NCBI GenBank assembly: GCA_001643675.2
Contig: LSRY02000030.1
Coordinates: 930,001 to 994,000 of the forward strand
Direction of reading: 5' to 3'
From: Monocercomonoides exilis PA203
Taxonomy: Eukaryota; Protista; Preaxostyla
DNA: 64,000 nt
The stretch's first letter is position 1. Each line of letters opens with the position of its first letter. Both the position numbers and the translations under genes were made by a program. The notes beneath the pieces were generated by a model. That model was not told the DNA's origin. It was given only the letters and a program-made list of their open reading frames with translations, and searched no databases. This document shows, piece after piece, positions 61,522 to 64,000 of this stretch.

Positions 61522-64000
61522 ATGCTGTCAGGAATATGTTGTTTTATGTGCATTATATGTGTGCAATGCCTGTGCAATGGTGCCACAAATGATGAAGCAA
61601 ATCTAGTGGAGAATTCAATGATTGAAAGAAATACAGATTATTTCAACAACTCTTTGTTTGATCTCCTTCCAAATGATAAGAATGGAGATAAAAACAAGTT
61701 AGAAATGATTGTTGAAGGGAATGAAGGTGGAATGGAAGAAGATGAAAAACAAGAAAAATCAAAGAAAAATTATCAAAAAATGGAAGATGAAATAAACAAC
61801 CGAATTGTGGAAGGAAATCGATACAAGAAATCGAATGATGAGCATTTTTTTGGAAAAGGAGAAATAATGAAAATCGAAAGAATATTTGAAGAAAGTGAGA
61901 TTGAAGGATGTTTTGTTCTGATGAATTCTTCAATGAAGCTCAAATCATTAGAGCTGATTCAACGTGATGAGAGAAATATTGTTGAAGTTGGGGATGAAAG
62001 TCTTGTTGAATTGGATGATTGTGGTATTTTTATTTTGAGTGGAATATCTCCATTTTGTTTGACTGGAGGTTGTGGGCTGTTCACCAACATTTCTCTCAGT
62101 TCATCTTCAACTGGGTTTTTGAAGACATTTCCCTCTCTCTTCTCTTCAAAAGCACAAGAAGGAGAGATTTCTCAGAAATTTCATGTTTCTGTTTGTTCAT
62201 CACATTTTTCATCTTTTCGTGTCTCATCAACCACCTTTCTTTCATCGCCTTCCATTTCACAAATGTCACTTTCTCATCTGACATTTTTCAACATTTCAAC
62301 AGCATCTTCAGATTGCCCATTTCCAACCACAATGTCAACACAAACCACATGTTTTATGAACTGCTGCTCATTTTCATCAGTTTGTGATGCATATGATGGA
62401 GGAATTGTCCCTTCTCTCAACAACCCCTTGACTTCTTTGACAGTCTCAAACACCTCATTCGTTGGGTGCAGCCGGACAAGAAATGTGAAATGTGAAGGAA
62501 CTGCAGATGGAAAGTTGACTCCTGCGAGACAAAACTCAACGGATAATGGAGCCAATTCATTCACTTGGTGCGAATGGAACGGATCGAAGACAACAGGAAA
62601 CAAAGATGATTTTTCTGATGATGCTTCAAATGGTGGAGCAATTCGCATGTATAGTCTCAATTCTGGGGAACTTTCGGTTTCACATTGTTCATTCAACGAT
62701 TGTTACGCTTATTTTGCCGGGGGAGGGACAATGTGCCATGGAATCAAATCAGTTGAAATCGAAGACAGCATATTCAATTCGTGTGCTGTTCAAAGCAACT
62801 CTGGAGGAGGGATATTCATTTATTCAATTTCATCATGTGCAAGGATCAGTGGATGTGAATTTCTGAATTGCACAGCAATGCTTGATGGAGGAGGAATTCA
62901 TCTCAATAATTTTCAGGTTTCGGGAACAGGATGTATTGGAGATGAAAGTGGAGGAGGGGAGAGCGCGTGTGTGTTTAACTTAAACTTCACTTCATGTTCG
63001 CTTTCGAGAATCGAGGGCGGAGGCATGTATTGCAGAACAGTTCCAATAGATTTCAAAATAAGGAGTGTTCAATTATTATATTGTTATTCATTGTCTTCCG
63101 GAGGAGGGTTTTGGATTAATCCGAATAGAGATAATGCGCCAAATGATACATTTTATTGTTATTTTTTATTTTTCCACGAATGCAAATGCAGAGATGAGAG
63201 CACTCCATATGGTCACGACGTGATGTTTTATGATCAAAATAATCTCTATTTGTCCCAAAATAATCCATTCAAAGAATGCTTCACAACGAATGCAGATGGC
63301 AAGAGAGTGCGATACGGATATGATTTATCGAATTCGGGGAATTGGAAATTTCAGCACATGGAAAAGAAGAATTGGCTGAAAGATAAAACGTTATATGTCT
63401 CAGTGAGTGGGAATGATGCATCTCCGCTTTGTGGGGCAGATATAACGCATCCATGCCTAACAGTGAAGAAGGCTTTTGAGATGTGCGAAATGCTATTGAG
63501 CTTATCAGTCACACTGATGGAAGGGAATCATCAAAGCGAGTCAACAACAATTGATATTGGAGAAAAGAAGATTTCAGTCATTGGGACAAGTAAAGAGAAG
63601 AGTGCAATTGGAACAAGAGCACTTTTATCAACTGAACCGCTGTTCAGTGTGACGACGGGTAACCTTGGTTTATTGCACATGAAGGTTGATTGTAACTCAA
63701 ATGAAAGTCCTTCTCTAAATGCGGTTGTGGTGTCTGACGGGAGTGGGTCACTCTCATTGGAAGATGTTTTGATTACCACGAGCAAAACAGGAGACTATGT
63801 GATATCATCATCAGTGTTTGTGGTTCCGCTGTCGCAGCTGTTGATGACCGATGTGGAGATCAAAGATATGAATATTTCTCAATCATTGTTCTCCGAGACG
63901 GATCTTTCTTCTTCTTCTTCTTCTTCATTTTCTTCATCTTCCCTGTTATTGGCAGCCACTTCATCTGGAGAGAGCGCACTGGCGAACATGAAAGTGAAGA
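61522..64000 (+). CDS. 5' part of a second giant surface receptor-like gene (paralogue of 3937-13089), running off the window
   Basis: Frame is open from ATG 61522 (MLSGICCFMCII...) to the edge and absent from the ORF track because it has no stop. Shares SSVCDAYDGGIVPSLNNPL, WCEWNGSKTTG, DDASNGGAI, FHECKC and PCLTVKKAFEMCE. Confidence 0.9.
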   Translation, partial: MLSGICCFMCIICVQCLCNGATNDEANLVENSMIERNTDYFNNSLFDLLPNDKNGDKNKLEMIVEGNEGGMEEDEKQEKSKKNYQKMEDEINNRIVEGNRYKKSNDEHFFGKGEIMKIERIFEESEIEGCFVLMNSSMKLKSLELIQRDERNIVEVGDESLVELDDCGIFILSGISPFCLTGGCGLFTNISLSSSSTGFLKTFPSLFSSKAQEGEISQKFHVSVCSSHFSSFRVSSTTFLSSPSISQMSLSHLTFFNISTASSDCPFPTTMSTQTTCFMNCCSFSSVCDAYDGGIVPSLNNPLTSLTVSNTSFVGCSRTRNVKCEGTADGKLTPARQNSTDNGANSFTWCEWNGSKTTGNKDDFSDDASNGGAIRMYSLNSGELSVSHCSFNDCYAYFAGGGTMCHGIKSVEIEDSIFNSCAVQSNSGGGIFIYSISSCARISGCEFLNCTAMLDGGGIHLNNFQVSGTGCIGDESGGGESACVFNLNFTSCSLSRIEGGGMYCRTVPIDFKIRSVQLLYCYSLSSGGGFWINPNRDNAPNDTFYCYFLFFHECKCRDESTPYGHDVMFYDQNNLYLSQNNPFKECFTTNADGKRVRYGYDLSNSGNWKFQHMEKKNWLKDKTLYVSVSGNDASPLCGADITHPCLTVKKAFEMCEMLLSLSVTLMEGNHQSESTTIDIGEKKISVIGTSKEKSAIGTRALLSTEPLFSVTTGNLGLLHMKVDCNSNESPSLNAVVVSDGSGSLSLEDVLITTSKTGDYVISSSVFVVPLSQLLMTDVEIKDMNISQSLFSETDLSSSSSSSFSSSSLLLAATSSGESALANMKVK

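Overview
AT-rich eukaryotic genomic DNA with short GT-AG introns (donors mostly GTTTG/GTATG/GTAAG), poly-Ser tracts and the standard genetic code. Gene-family style suggests an oxymonad-like anaerobic protist such as Monocercomonoides, which is an inference. Host genes: 3' end of a hemerythrin-like gene, a 5-exon Sep15/SELENOF-like gene lacking its redox motif, two paralogous giant intronless surface receptor genes (beta-helix-like GGA/GGG repeats; the complete copy has a TM helix and a pseudokinase tail), a histidine acid phosphatase head-to-head with a hypothetical gene, a divergent Vps15, and a large pseudogene with an embedded ubiquitin-like domain. Mobile DNA: many MITEs, two pogo/DDE_1 transposons, a Merlin relic split by one pogo, and a 7-kb palindrome with 1.5-kb arms. 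Best candidate for a new system (23125-27381): a Sola2-like DDD transposase with an apparently intact USP (C19) deubiquitinase inserted in its N-terminal region. It is followed 37 nt after the stop by a ~250-nt nested multi-helix structure whose G-U pairs favour a plus-strand RNA, and I could find no terminal inverted repeats. All family calls are from motif recognition by eye; no searches were run.
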